Source of the DNA: a virus
Strand: one strand, 5' to 3'
Virus record (IMG/VR): IMGVR_UViG_3300045988_175865
Location: 60,001-92,000 of that record
DNA length: 32,000 nucleotides
Shown: positions 1 to 8,893 of the stretch, piece by piece
Numbering within the stretch: position 1 is the stretch's first letter
Layout: each line of letters starts with the position of its first letter
Program-made: the position numbers and the translations under genes
The notes under the pieces: model-generated
The model's input: the letters and a program-made list of their open reading frames with translations, nothing else
Told to the model about the DNA's origin: nothing
The model's database searches: none

Positions 1-27
1 GATAACTTTGTCTCCTTGTTCAAACAT
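1..27 (-). CDS. 5' end of a leftward gene leaving the window (MFEQGDKVI...)
   Basis: ATG at 27-25 (minus), 14 nt below the stop of the upstream gene; open to the window edge; only 9 codons visible. Confidence 0.3.
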
Positions 28-41
28 AACTATTTTTATTT

Positions 42-1118
42 TTATTTGAAAAATGATAAATATTCTAATGGACTAACAATTCTATATTTAGTCTTTCTAA
101 ACTCTAAAAGGTCAAAAGAATCTGAATAACTCATCATTGACCTTAAGTAGTCAACGAAATTTTCACACCAATCTTGTAACTTATACAAAACTGGAACTGT
201 GGTTTCAATACCCTCAGCAGTTTTGAGTTTTTGGTTTCCTATTTCTATCTGTGCTTTTTTAGTAGACATACCATAGTATTTACGTCTGAGTCCTAGATTT
301 GGATCTGTAACAGGTAGTAACTCTCCACAGGCTTCTTGAGATTGTGCAAAGAGTTTTCCAACCATTACATAATCAGCTCCAAGAGCTAGTGCTTTAATAA
401 TCTTATCATAATTATCAAATCCTCCGTCCGCAATAATAAATGGAACACTTTTGTATGGATGAGTTATTGAGTTACAACCCAAGTAAAAACCAGAGTCACC
501 CGCTATATTAACTACTTTTGTTTCTTCAATACATTTTTCTATAGCCCGCTTTTTATCAACAACTTCCTTAATTAAGGAAGCCATTGCATAGTGTATTCCA
601 CCATTAGCAGAAGTAGTACATACAGAACCTCCCCCTACACCTATCCGTACAAAATCAATTCCTGCTAGTGAATAATCAGCATAAGTATCAGGGTTAGCAA
701 TATTGCCCGCCATTAATGACAATCGACCTACAAATATAGACTTTGCTTGTGAGCATAAATCAATTAACTTTAACATGTGGCCATTAGCAATATCAACACA
801 CACATAACGAATATCATTGGTGGTATCATATATATTTTCAAAATCTGTAATAAATCTTTCAAACTCAGATAAGCCAAGTGCAACAAACGTACTTGTAGAC
901 AACTCCCATCGTTTATCATAATCTACTCCTCTTGGAATAATTGTATTGATCTTATTTCTAAGAAAAACTTCATAATTATTCTCATTAATAACAGAATTCA
1001 TAGGAGCAGTAAATAACGGCAGCATACCATCAAAGTTATATGGATTACAGTCTGCACGATGTTCTATTCTACTGGTTCTAGCTGGTACTAAACAAATATC
1101 ATTTAACCCATATGTCAT
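42..1118 (-). CDS. IMP dehydrogenase/GMP reductase family protein (GuaC-like, no CBS insert)
   Basis: ORF track 358 aa; IGVGGGSVCTTS catalytic-Cys loop and GADYVMVG motif typical of the IMPDH/GuaC TIM barrel; TAA stop. Confidence 0.85.
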   Translation of the reverse strand: MTYGLNDICLVPARTSRIEHRADCNPYNFDGMLPLFTAPMNSVINENNYEVFLRNKINTIIPRGVDYDKRWELSTSTFVALGLSEFERFITDFENIYDTTNDIRYVCVDIANGHMLKLIDLCSQAKSIFVGRLSLMAGNIANPDTYADYSLAGIDFVRIGVGGGSVCTTSANGGIHYAMASLIKEVVDKKRAIEKCIEETKVVNIAGDSGFYLGCNSITHPYKSVPFIIADGGFDNYDKIIKALALGADYVMVGKLFAQSQEACGELLPVTDPNLGLRRKYYGMSTKKAQIEIGNQKLKTAEGIETTVPVLYKLQDWCENFVDYLRSMMSYSDSFDLLEFRKTKYRIVSPLEYLSFFK

Positions 1119-1120
1119 TT

Positions 1121-1261
1121 TTAATCTCTCTTAATTAGTTTATTTTTCTGTTCCTCAGTATCCCTAAATTTTTTTATTTTTCTTTTCTTATTTAGACGAG
1201 CAATCTCTTCCTCGTACCTATTATATTTATCCAATTGATTACCTCGAATAAATTTACCCAT
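1121..1261 (-). CDS. small basic protein, 46 aa
   Basis: Manual translation MGKFIRGNQLDKYNRYEEEIARLNKKRKIKKFRDTEEQKNKLIKRD; its stop lies 2 nt from the next start; below the ORF-track cutoff. Confidence 0.45.
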   Translation of the reverse strand: MGKFIRGNQLDKYNRYEEEIARLNKKRKIKKFRDTEEQKNKLIKRD

Positions 1262-1291
1262 GATAAAAAACAGAATTTCAATTTTGATTTA

Positions 1292-2074
1292 CTATTGAAT
1301 CTCTAAAGTACCTGGTTCCAGTCCAAGTTCTTTCTCGACTTCTGCGATTGTTTTCTTTACAACCTTATTCTTTACTTTTGGCCAAGCAACATCCATTTTT
1401 GTGTAATCACTAAGTTTAAAACAGTGTGGTGTTGGAACAAAAATCTTCTTAACTTGGTAGAAACTCCCATTTTTAGGGGAATTAAAGCATCCACTTAAAT
1501 AACCCTTAATTTCTCCTTTATTGTTAACATAAACAATAGCTTTAGAAGAAATAATAAATACAAAATACTCTTGATCTTTAACTATTAACTGTACTATTCG
1601 CCCAGGTAAAAACTCAGACTTAAAATCATTATTAAGATTAGAATCTACCTTATTATCCTCAACCTTATTTTTTTCTTTACCTAGAATCTTTTCAAACTGG
1701 TCTATAATAGATATGTCATTTGATTTTAATTCAGGTGATTCAAGTAATTTTAATAGATTCTTTTCTGATTTTAAAATAATATCACTATATAGAGCAAGTT
1801 TATTCTCTTCTATATCATTAATACCTAACTCTTTAAGGATAGTGTTGTCATCATCTGAACAGAAGATATCACTATCTCCAGTAAGGTAATGAATATTCTG
1901 ATTATATGTAACAACATAATAAGATCTTTTATCTGTATCAATTAAGATCTTATAAGGGTGTCCTGAAAGTAATAAAGATATACTTACCTTAGGATAGTTT
2001 AATGTATATCCGTATCTACTTAAGATAAACAAAATGGTATTTAAACTGTTACCATTATATAATAAATAACGCAT
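1292..2074 (-). CDS. hypothetical protein, 260 aa
   Basis: ORF track; ATG start, TAG stop; same-strand dense packing. Confidence 0.6.
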   Translation of the reverse strand: MRYLLYNGNSLNTILFILSRYGYTLNYPKVSISLLLSGHPYKILIDTDKRSYYVVTYNQNIHYLTGDSDIFCSDDDNTILKELGINDIEENKLALYSDIILKSEKNLLKLLESPELKSNDISIIDQFEKILGKEKNKVEDNKVDSNLNNDFKSEFLPGRIVQLIVKDQEYFVFIISSKAIVYVNNKGEIKGYLSGCFNSPKNGSFYQVKKIFVPTPHCFKLSDYTKMDVAWPKVKNKVVKKTIAEVEKELGLEPGTLEIQ

Positions 2075-2127
2075 AATTTGATTTTTTTGTTCTTTTTAGT
2101 TAAAAAACAGTAACAAGTGAAGGCTCA

Positions 2128-2976
2128 CTATTCTTTTACTTCTATAATTTTATATACAGAATTTTGAGTATGAAAATGATTTTTATCTACGATTTTAGTT
2201 ACAGGTGAGGTTGAGAAGCGAAATCCAAGACAAGCTCGAAACCCTACAGTTATAGGTAGACTTAAATATCCTTGAGTAAGGTACCCTTTATTGATTCCAT
2301 TTGGATGATGACCTGGCTTATAATTACAAGTATCAGTATCTTCTAACTTTTCAATCTGAACTTTAGTTTGTGCAGGATAACTACACACCTCATAATATAA
2401 TTCACGTACACTCCTCAAAGTTTCCTCATGGTGATCATCTGATTCAGGTATTGATCCTTCACAATCACATTTCTTTAATAGTAGTAATGCTTCGAAGTCA
2501 ATACACTCTAGATTATTAGCTAACCTTAGAATAGCCGACTTGATATCTCTTTGTTTTAAAATATAAAGAGGTTGCATGTGACACCTTACCAAAGAAAGAA
2601 TAGCTCTTTTGTACTGAGGTTTAATATCAGAAATATATGTATCTAAAATATGTTCAGCAATTGGAACTCCTTTAATTGCATGGTCCTTACAGTGGTAAAG
2701 TCCATCTTCTCCCTTTTTTGTAGTAACTGGTTTACCTATATCATGTAATAGAGCAGCAAAGATTAGAATATTTCGATAGTCCATGTCTTGAAAAAGTACT
2801 TCATTACTGTTTTCAATATGCTTCAACATACATTTTGTAACCATACAAGTATGGGTGAAAGCGTCTCCCTCTTTATGCCAAAGTATATTCTGAGGAGTTT
2901 CTGACAACGCTTTAAATTCAGGAATTTTTAAAAGTTCATCCCAAAAGACAATATTAGTTTTTGGATCATAAATCAT
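2128..2976 (-). CDS. HD-domain phosphohydrolase resembling the C-terminal HD domain of CCA-adding enzymes
   Basis: WHKEGDAFTHTCMV ... ALLHDIGKP ... KDHAIKG pattern parallels E. coli Cca WHPEIDTGIHTLM...CHDLGK...HHGHG; start moved to the ATG at 2976, just after the upstream stop (2978-2980). Confidence 0.75.
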   Translation of the reverse strand: MIYDPKTNIVFWDELLKIPEFKALSETPQNILWHKEGDAFTHTCMVTKCMLKHIENSNEVLFQDMDYRNILIFAALLHDIGKPVTTKKGEDGLYHCKDHAIKGVPIAEHILDTYISDIKPQYKRAILSLVRCHMQPLYILKQRDIKSAILRLANNLECIDFEALLLLKKCDCEGSIPESDDHHEETLRSVRELYYEVCSYPAQTKVQIEKLEDTDTCNYKPGHHPNGINKGYLTQGYLSLPITVGFRACLGFRFSTSPVTKIVDKNHFHTQNSVYKIIEVKE

Positions 2977-2977
2977 A

Positions 2978-3457
2978 TTATATAATAAGATTATAAGAGA
3001 TAATAGTAGTAACAAATAAAATAGCTGAAGATTTTGCAAAATGTATAAAAGTTGAATCATAATCCGACATTATTAGAGATCCTATAGTAATTGCAAATAA
3101 AAGGGCAATTGACACTATAAAAATATCTCTATACACTTTGTATGTTTTGTTATTAGATACTACCCACCCTTTAAGTTTATATGTTAATATAACACCAGGT
3201 TTGTTATGGTATATATGGTAATCTTCTGGAGTAGCCTCAAAACTAAGTATTTTATTAGTTTTTATATCTTTTGCAATAAGATACATCTTACCATTAGTTT
3301 TATAGCCTCCAGATATCTTTTCTCCTCCTATAATCTCACATTGATATGGATTAGTATTTACATAGTTACTAAATTCAGAGTAATGTAGATTCAAACTTAT
3401 AAGTATAACTACTATAGAAGGAACCCAATAAGCTAAAATTTTAGAAGGTATATCCAT
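2978..3457 (-). CDS. membrane protein, 159 aa
   Basis: ORF track; N- and C-terminal hydrophobic segments. Confidence 0.6.
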   Translation of the reverse strand: MDIPSKILAYWVPSIVVILISLNLHYSEFSNYVNTNPYQCEIIGGEKISGGYKTNGKMYLIAKDIKTNKILSFEATPEDYHIYHNKPGVILTYKLKGWVVSNNKTYKVYRDIFIVSIALLFAITIGSLIMSDYDSTFIHFAKSSAILFVTTIISYNLII

Positions 3458-3458
3458 T

Positions 3459-3872
3459 TTATATCCATGTCTTTAAAGCTTCCAAAAAAGCTGATTCTAA
3501 AGCTTCTTCATATGTATTATAATCTACTCCACTTGCATCTATACTATGAGGAGGTCTTACAATTTTCTTAGAAGGATCTATCTGAATATCAACGATTTTA
3601 TATGTCCAATATCCATGAATAGTGGGAACTATTATAATATGTATCTTATGAATATCTCTTAACCATTTTTGAAGTTTAGATTGAGTTGGAGCTAAATAAT
3701 AATTATCTGTAGGATCATAAAACTTACAATTCCAAAGCACTCCTTTTTCATCATAACAAGGGCTACAATTTACATATCCTAATTTTGGAAATAGTTTAGA
3801 TATTCTATTTCCATCCATATAATGTTTTTCCTTTGCAAGTTTAGCAGTATCAAAAGTAATATGTGATTCCAT
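3459..3872 (-). CDS. paralog family A protein (AKLAKEK-GY ... WLRD ... EAL..AL)
   Basis: ORF track, start trimmed to ATG 3872 (TAATG overlap with the upstream stop); similar to 16697..17095 and 21563..21931. Confidence 0.65.
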   Translation of the reverse strand: MESHITFDTAKLAKEKHYMDGNRISKLFPKLGYVNCSPCYDEKGVLWNCKFYDPTDNYYLAPTQSKLQKWLRDIHKIHIIIVPTIHGYWTYKIVDIQIDPSKKIVRPPHSIDASGVDYNTYEEALESAFLEALKTWI

Positions 3873-4219
3873 TATTCCCAAGGTAAAATTTTCTGAGTTA
3901 TTCTTTTATAGTTATTTAATATTCCTAAGATGTTTGCTCGACCTACAGGATTTGCAGATTGACTTGCAAACTGTGGAAGGACATATCCTTCATCTATACA
4001 TTTATCTACAATATACTTGGCTATATCGTATCCAGATTTTTCCTCTCCTAAATCATGATCGAGACAAATTGCATAAGGTCATTCTTTTTCAAGGAAGTCA
4101 ATAGCTTCTTGATAAGACTGAGCCCATACAACTTTACAATTTCTGCCAATTGGACTAAAATTCATCCAATCATCTTCCATTGGATTACGAGCATCATCTA
4201 TCCAAAAAAGTGTTTTCAT
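3872..4219 (-). CDS. receiver-like domain protein (cyclic-phosphate-processing receiver type), 115 aa, one in-frame TGA
   Basis: Manual code-4 translation MKTLFWIDDARNP...EKE(TGA=W)PYAICLDHDLGEEKSGYDIAKYIV...; TGA at 4079-4081; missed by the standard-code ORF track. Confidence 0.7.
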
Positions 4220-4221
4220 AA

Positions 4222-4467
4222 TCATCTAATTCTTAAATGAGAAAGTAAATTAAAAACTATTAATATAATACAAGCCATAGTTGGAATAAAGTTTAAAGGA
4301 GTCCAAATGAGTATTATAAAGACAAAGCTACTAATATATTTATCCTCAGTATAGTATAAATACATATCTCCTAGAGTAGTTCCTTCTTTAGATTTTATCC
4401 TCCAATAAACGTAGAGAATAATATGATTAATAATTATACATACAAACCAGCAATATACAAATTCCAT
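4222..4467 (-). CDS. small membrane protein, paralog family B
   Basis: ORF track 81 aa; C-terminal half aligns with 5995..6402; apparent stop is TGA, giving 8 more codons under code 4. Confidence 0.6.
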   Translation of the reverse strand: MEFVYCWFVCIIINHIILYVYWRIKSKEGTTLGDMYLYYTEDKYISSFVFIILIWTPLNFIPTMACIILIVFNLLSHLRIR

Positions 4468-4517
4468 AATTATATTTTATTTAAATGAAATTTTCACTAC
4501 CTAATTATTTATAAAAG

Positions 4518-4589
4518 TATCCCCACCTTGATTCGAACAAGGACCTTTCGGGTAGAAGCCGAAGATTCTCTCCATTGAACTATGGGGAC
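4518..4589 (-). tRNA. tRNA-Arg(UCU)
   Basis: Manual cloverleaf: acceptor GTCCCCA/TGGGGAT, anticodon stem TTCGG/CCGAA, loop CTTCTAC, T arm CCTTG-TTCGAAT-CAAGG. Confidence 0.85.
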
Positions 4590-4630
4590 TAAATAAATAG
4601 TTTATCTTACTATTTATATAAATATTATTA

Positions 4631-4960
4631 TTAAAGTTTTTGAATATTCTTCATAAAAACTCTAGTAATAATATCTATATTCATCTTACATTGCTCAAAT
4701 ATATCTATTTTATAAGAATCTTTCAGTGGGCTATCCTCTTTGTATGGCCAATGTGCAATTATAAATTCATATTCACATCTAGCCCAGTATTGATACATTA
4801 ATTTTCTCGTTACAAAATCCTTACACTGCTCAAAATTTTCTTTAGAAGGTTTATCTGCTTTATAAGCATCATTATACTTTCTAACTAGGTAAGGCATTAT
4901 ATCATAATAGGTTGGTTTATTTTTATTATATTCTAACCATAATACTTTGAATGGTATCAT
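4631..4960 (-). CDS. hypothetical protein, 109 aa
   Basis: ORF track; ATG start, TAA stop. Confidence 0.6.
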   Translation of the reverse strand: MIPFKVLWLEYNKNKPTYYDIMPYLVRKYNDAYKADKPSKENFEQCKDFVTRKLMYQYWARCEYEFIIAHWPYKEDSPLKDSYKIDIFEQCKMNIDIITRVFMKNIQKL

Positions 4961-4971
4961 AAATTTTACTA

Positions 4972-5169
4972 TTACAATTTTTCACCTAAATAATTAACTT
5001 CTATAACATTTAAATAGTTAACTTTAAATGGATAATCATCAACTATAGTATTATACTGTATACAAACACTTTTTTTATCTGTATCATGAAAGCAAGATAC
5101 AACATGATTGAAATTGATATTACAGTTATATCCTTCACCTATAATATTAATAATATTTATCTTTTTCAT
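4972..5169 (-). CDS. hypothetical protein, 65 aa
   Basis: ORF track; ATG start, TAA stop. Confidence 0.5.
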   Translation of the reverse strand: MKKINIINIIGEGYNCNINFNHVVSCFHDTDKKSVCIQYNTIVDDYPFKVNYLNVIEVNYLGEKL

Positions 5170-5209
5170 ATTGTATTTATGTAAAAGCTCTTAGTAATAA
5201 AATCTTAAC

Positions 5210-5494
5210 TTAAAATTCTAAGTGGTTTTTATACTTGGCAGCACATCGAAGAAACCTATATGGATCCTTTATAAAAATGCGTTTTATATTAGGATTTAAA
5301 TGGCTAAGATCTGGGTAAAAACAAAAAAAGCCAAACTTATCTGTATAATATAAAACAACAACAGAGCTCTGGATTTTATTACCTTTCATGTATATCTGAA
5401 CGTCGAAATATGGCCTATACCCAAGTTTAACTAGACTGCTGTAAAATAAAAGGAATTGTTTAGATGATATTATAGTATATGGATATTCTTTCAT
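5210..5494 (-). CDS. hypothetical protein, 94 aa
   Basis: ORF track; start overlaps the upstream stop (TAATG). Confidence 0.55.
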   Translation of the reverse strand: MKEYPYTIISSKQFLLFYSSLVKLGYRPYFDVQIYMKGNKIQSSVVVLYYTDKFGFFCFYPDLSHLNPNIKRIFIKDPYRFLRCAAKYKNHLEF

Positions 5495-5673
5495 TATAGT
5501 AGTGAATTAATTATTAAGATAGCTTTTTTACTGTCATAACGACCCTTGTAATCAGATTTAGGTATAATATTCAATACCTTATTGACAATATTCTCACCAC
5601 TAGTAGCATATAATGCTCCACTTGGATGATAAAAATCATGTCGTAAATCTACAACAATTAATGTACGCTTCAT
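5494..5673 (-). pseudogene. N-terminal fragment (59 aa) of an isochorismatase/nicotinamidase-like hydrolase
   Basis: MKRTLIVVDLRHDFYHPSGALYATSGENIVNKVLNII matches the family N-terminus (compare E. coli PncA LLLVDLQNDFCAGGALAV); the frame stops after 59 codons and the rest of the ~200-aa fold is absent. Confidence 0.45.
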
Positions 5674-5677
5674 ATAG

Positions 5678-5995
5678 TTAAATTAAGCATAATAAAATTT
5701 GAATAAAGTGTAGACTTTGATCAATATAATATGAAGTAAAATCCTTCATATACTTTTTATAAAGTCCTCTACACTTCCAGTAATCAATAGCATAATGTCC
5801 AACTAGTAACATTATTAATTTCCAAATTGCAGCTAATCCCAAAAAGTGTAATGCAATATAAATACCTAACGCCTAAATTGCACAATGTACAAACAAGACA
5901 TAATTATTTTCACATTTATACTTCTTACAAAACTCATCTTGCAACGGATAGTCTAAAACTAAATTTAGAAAGTAAAGTATAATAAAATTTATCAT
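5678..5995 (-). CDS. membrane protein, 105 codons with one in-frame TAG (pseudogene or readthrough)
   Basis: Manual translation MINFIILYFLNLVLDYPLQDEF...VHCAI(TAG)ALGIYIALHFLG...; TAATG coupling to the upstream gene; TAG at 5873-5875. Confidence 0.5.
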
Positions 5996-6402
5996 TATCT
6001 AATCTTTATTTTTGAGAACAAACTTCCAATATCTAAGAAGATTTGTATTATCAATACAATAGTATTTACTACAGGAACCCATATTAAAAGGAAGATCCAA
6101 TCATTATCTTGATCTACATAAAAAGAATAAAGATCACCTATTGTGCTTCCACACTTGTCTTCTTCAATCCAATCAAAATACAGGGAAACGTGTAAATAAA
6201 CAACTCCTATTAGATAAATACCTAAAATAATTAAAAATGTATACATATTAATCCAGTTTTTCCCAGCATTCTTGATCAAAATTCCAATGTCTAATATCAC
6301 AAATATTAAACTCGAAACATAATCCAAGAATGCCGATATTAAAACAAAAGCCTGCATGATCCCCTTTATTATTATAACTAATATGGAAATCAAGCAAGCC
6401 AA
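5995..6402 (-). CDS. membrane protein, paralog family B
   Basis: ORF track 135 aa (TTG start at 6402; first ATG at 6357); C-terminus GSTIGDLYSFY...IWVPVVNTIV... aligns with 4222..4467. Confidence 0.6.
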   Translation of the reverse strand: MACLISILVIIIKGIMQAFVLISAFLDYVSSLIFVILDIGILIKNAGKNWINMYTFLIILGIYLIGVVYLHVSLYFDWIEEDKCGSTIGDLYSFYVDQDNDWIFLLIWVPVVNTIVLIIQIFLDIGSLFSKIKIR

Positions 6403-6574
6403 ATGTATTGATGTTTATAAACAAATAATAACAAATACCAAATAGTTGAATATCAAAGTCAAAAAATTTTGATAACTTAAAGATTTTAAATCTAATAGAC
6501 ATTTCTAATGATTTAAACTCTCCTATAGGGTGCACAAACACCCACCACAAAAAATCTAATTTACAAAGCTTCAT
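6248..6574 (-). CDS. hypothetical protein, 108 aa, 3' end overlaps the next gene out of frame
   Basis: ORF track; ATG start, TAA stop; overlaps 5995..6402 by at least 110 nt, so the boundaries are uncertain. Confidence 0.45.
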   Translation of the reverse strand: MKLCKLDFLWWVFVHPIGEFKSLEMSIRFKIFKLSKFFDFDIQLFGICYYLFININTFGLLDFHISYNNKGDHAGFCFNIGILGLCFEFNICDIRHWNFDQECWEKLD

Positions 6575-6627
6575 ATTTTTCTTAAATTAGAGTAATAAGC
6601 GGTTATAGACTATACTTCTAATTTGGG

Positions 6628-6780
6628 TTAATAACTAATATTATTGTAATACTTTATATCTTCAATATAAGTTTTCTGTGTATCTCCAGTAGGCCCTATC
6701 ATAATATTAGGTTTTATTGTTCCGCATGATATATTAAGTATTACTAAGACTATTATAACTATTTTTACTATTGTTTTCAT
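6628..6780 (-). CDS. small putative lipoprotein, 50 aa
   Basis: Manual translation MKTIVKIVIIVLVILNISCGTIKP...; signal-like hydrophobic stretch followed by Cys. Confidence 0.45.
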   Translation of the reverse strand: MKTIVKIVIIVLVILNISCGTIKPNIMIGPTGDTQKTYIEDIKYYNNISY

Positions 6781-6801
6781 CTTTATGTTATTAATGTTTA
6801 G

Positions 6802-6874
6802 AGTAGGTAACAGGATTCGAACCTGTGATATAGCTTTTGCAGAGCTGGGCCTTAACCAACTTGGCGATACCTAC
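6802..6874 (-). tRNA. tRNA-Cys(GCA)
   Basis: Acceptor GTAGGTA/TACCTAC, anticodon loop CTGCAAA, T arm ACAGG-TTCGAAT-CCTGT. Confidence 0.85.
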
Positions 6875-6879
6875 ATGTG

Positions 6880-6970
6880 CGGTAAGGGTGGGATTCCAAC
6901 CCACGCAGCGATTTCTATACGCTCTAATGCATTTCAAGTGCATCCTCTTAAAGCTCTTGAGTACCTTACC
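6880..6970 (-). tRNA. tRNA-Ser(UGA), class II
   Basis: Acceptor GGTAAGG/CCTTACC, anticodon arm ATGCA-CTTGAAA-TGCAT, long variable arm, T arm GTGGG-TTGGAAT-CCCAC. Confidence 0.85.
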
Positions 6971-7008
6971 AAATTTATCTATCTATAAACTTTCTAGTAA
7001 GTTATTTG

Positions 7009-7081
7009 CTGGACCGATAGGATTCGAACCCACGTTACCCAAATTAACAGTTTGGTGCTTAAACCACTCAGCCACAGTCCA
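7009..7081 (-). tRNA. tRNA-Asn(GUU)
   Basis: Acceptor TGGACTG/CGGTCCA, anticodon arm CCAAA-CTGTTAA-TTTGG, TTCGAAT T loop. Confidence 0.8.
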
Positions 7082-7233
7082 GTACATTTTATATATTTAT
7101 TACAGATAACTCTGCAAAAGTATTTGCAGAAATATTATAAATTAATTAGTCGAGAATGATAGTAATGCTCTATCCCCTAGAAATCCCAAATTTCTCGTGC
7201 TACTTCCACACCCCATTCTCGATAAACTATCCT

Positions 7234-7467
7234 TTATTCAAGGATAGCGTTTAATTTTGCAAGAACACCTTCGTTTTTCTTACGAATGTTTTCAAGAGCT
7301 TCTTTTTCAGCTTGAGCTGCTTTGATTTCCTCGTCTCTTGCTGCAATTTCTAATTCTGCAGAAGCATTTACTTCTTTAAGACCATCAATTGCAGTTTTGA
7401 AAGCATTTAAAACATTGTCTACTTTCTTAGACAGATCTACAGATGTTTTACTTTTTGAATTAAACAT
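7234..7467 (-). CDS. coiled-coil protein, 77 aa
   Basis: ORF track; Ala/Glu/Lys-rich heptad-like sequence. Confidence 0.6.
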   Translation of the reverse strand: MFNSKSKTSVDLSKKVDNVLNAFKTAIDGLKEVNASAELEIAARDEEIKAAQAEKEALENIRKKNEGVLAKLNAILE

Positions 7468-7524
7468 GTTTAATAGTTTTTTAAATTAATGCTGTGAGGA
7501 AATTTTTGGGACCCCCAATAATAG

Positions 7525-7596
7525 TGAACCATATGAGACTCGAACCCCTCTATTTCCTTGCAAAGGAAATGTGCTCGCCTTTACACTACATGGCCC
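7525..7596 (-). tRNA. tRNA-Ala(UGC)
   Basis: Acceptor GGGCCAT/ATGGTTC including the G3.U70 Ala identity pair; anticodon arm TTTCC-TTTGCAA-GGAAA; one mismatch in the T stem. Confidence 0.8.
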
Positions 7597-7603
7597 AAAA
7601 TAC

Positions 7604-7789
7604 TTAAAGTTTAATACGAAATTGTCTTATTTTATTACATATTTTACAACGCTGTATATAAACTTTTTCAACTTTAACTGGGCGACTTTGATAGTCATTT
7701 TCAAACACCTTTTTTAATTTTTCTTCAACTGTCTCCCAATCATGTACATGAAATTTCAATTCAAACCATTTCTTTATAAGTTCTAACAT
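7604..7789 (-). CDS. small Cys-containing protein, 61 aa
   Basis: ORF track; C-terminal CKICNK motif. Confidence 0.55.
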   Translation of the reverse strand: MLELIKKWFELKFHVHDWETVEEKLKKVFENDYQSRPVKVEKVYIQRCKICNKIRQFRIKL

Positions 7790-7816
7790 ATTATAAAGTT
7801 TTTAATAAAATTTTAG

Positions 7817-7898
7817 AGCCTCCTGTCGGACTCGAACCGACGCGTTCAAATGAAGACGGATTACAAAACCGTTGCAGTCGCCGCTGTGCCAAGGAGGC
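7817..7898 (-). tRNA. tRNA with class II-like 14-nt variable region; anticodon UGU (Thr) by 7-nt loop geometry, isotype uncertain
   Basis: Acceptor GCCTCCT/AGGAGGC, 3-bp D stem, anticodon arm ACGGT-TTTGTAA-TCCGT with a U31.U39 mismatch, T arm GTCGG-TTCGAGT-CCGAC. Confidence 0.6.
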
Positions 7899-8014
7899 TT
7901 ATAAACACTATCGTAGTTTGCACGTCTGATTTTTATTGCCACAGAAACTTCATACAAATGATCAATTTATATGTTAAGAGTTGTTACGCCGCTAATGTCA
8001 AATTTAGAAATAAC

Positions 8015-8893
8015 TTATAATGACATAAATTGGTTATAGTTATCCTTGTATCCTATAGAAGTATTCACAAGAAGCTCGCCATGCATGCTTCTACCAGGCA
8101 TTGGCACCATAAAGTCATTTCCATATATGTTAGTTAAAACACTTAAATATACTTCTGGAGCAGGAAACATTCCTCACTCAAATTTAAGGTAAACCTTATT
8201 GTTATAGTCTCTAGCGTTTCTAAGACTTTGTATCTTATTTGGAAATGTAAGATTACCAAATGACTCTGTGGAGAGTACATTATATCGTTGTCGTAGCTCT
8301 TGATATTTTTCTCTAAGATATAAAAGTCTAGATGTGTTTTCCTTAGAAGAATCATAACATTGTATTCTTGTTTTTACAGCCAGTGCTTCTAGTTTAATTA
8401 AGTGAAGCTGGTGCATAAACTTTTGTCTCTCAACTAGATCATCTGGAACATTATCAAAAGGACATATATCTATAAAGATCCCTTGGTTAAAGGTAAAATG
8501 ACCTTCTAAATCCTTTTTGTGAATACATGTTGTGTCACTTCTTCTTAACTTCGTACAGCAATAAAAGGTACTGTCTGTTCAGTCATTTTGAACAAAATAT
8601 GGATAATTCAACTCTTTAACTGCACACTCTAAAAATCTATCATAGTCTGTTCTAGGCATAGCAATATCAATATCATCGTCCCATGGAATAAATCCACCAT
8701 GTCTGACAGCACCAAGTAATGTTCCTCCATCTAAATAGTGCTTCAAATGATATTTATCACAGATATTTTTAAACTGTCATAGCAAATCTAGCTCAACTCC
8801 TCAAAGTTCTTTTCTTTCTTTAGACACCAAGAATCCATTTTTTACTTCTGCTTCAAAAAAGTTATCTGGTAATTTAATATTTAAGTTTACCAT
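8015..8893 (-). CDS. licD: LicD-family phosphotransferase, 292 aa, four in-frame TGA codons
   Basis: Code-4 translation gives the LicD core [32 protein letters not shown] and C-terminal [25 protein letters not shown] at 8801, 8777, 8579 and 8174; the ORF track only shows fragments. Confidence 0.85.

Noticed and set aside
2977-3060. N-terminal extension of the HD gene (ORF track start at 3060)
   Set aside because: The extension is a poly-Leu/Ile stretch overlapping the upstream gene by 83 nt. The ATG at 2976 abuts the upstream stop and precedes the conserved domain.
3206-4240. Plus-strand ORFs 3206..3388 and 4055..4240
   Set aside because: They are antisense to better-supported minus-strand genes. 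4055..4240 lies opposite the receiver-like gene, which is only visible under code 4.
6785-7109. Plus-strand ORFs 6785..6988 and 6837..7109
   Set aside because: They lie antisense across three well-formed tRNA genes (Cys, Ser, Asn), so they are artefacts of the tRNA sequences.
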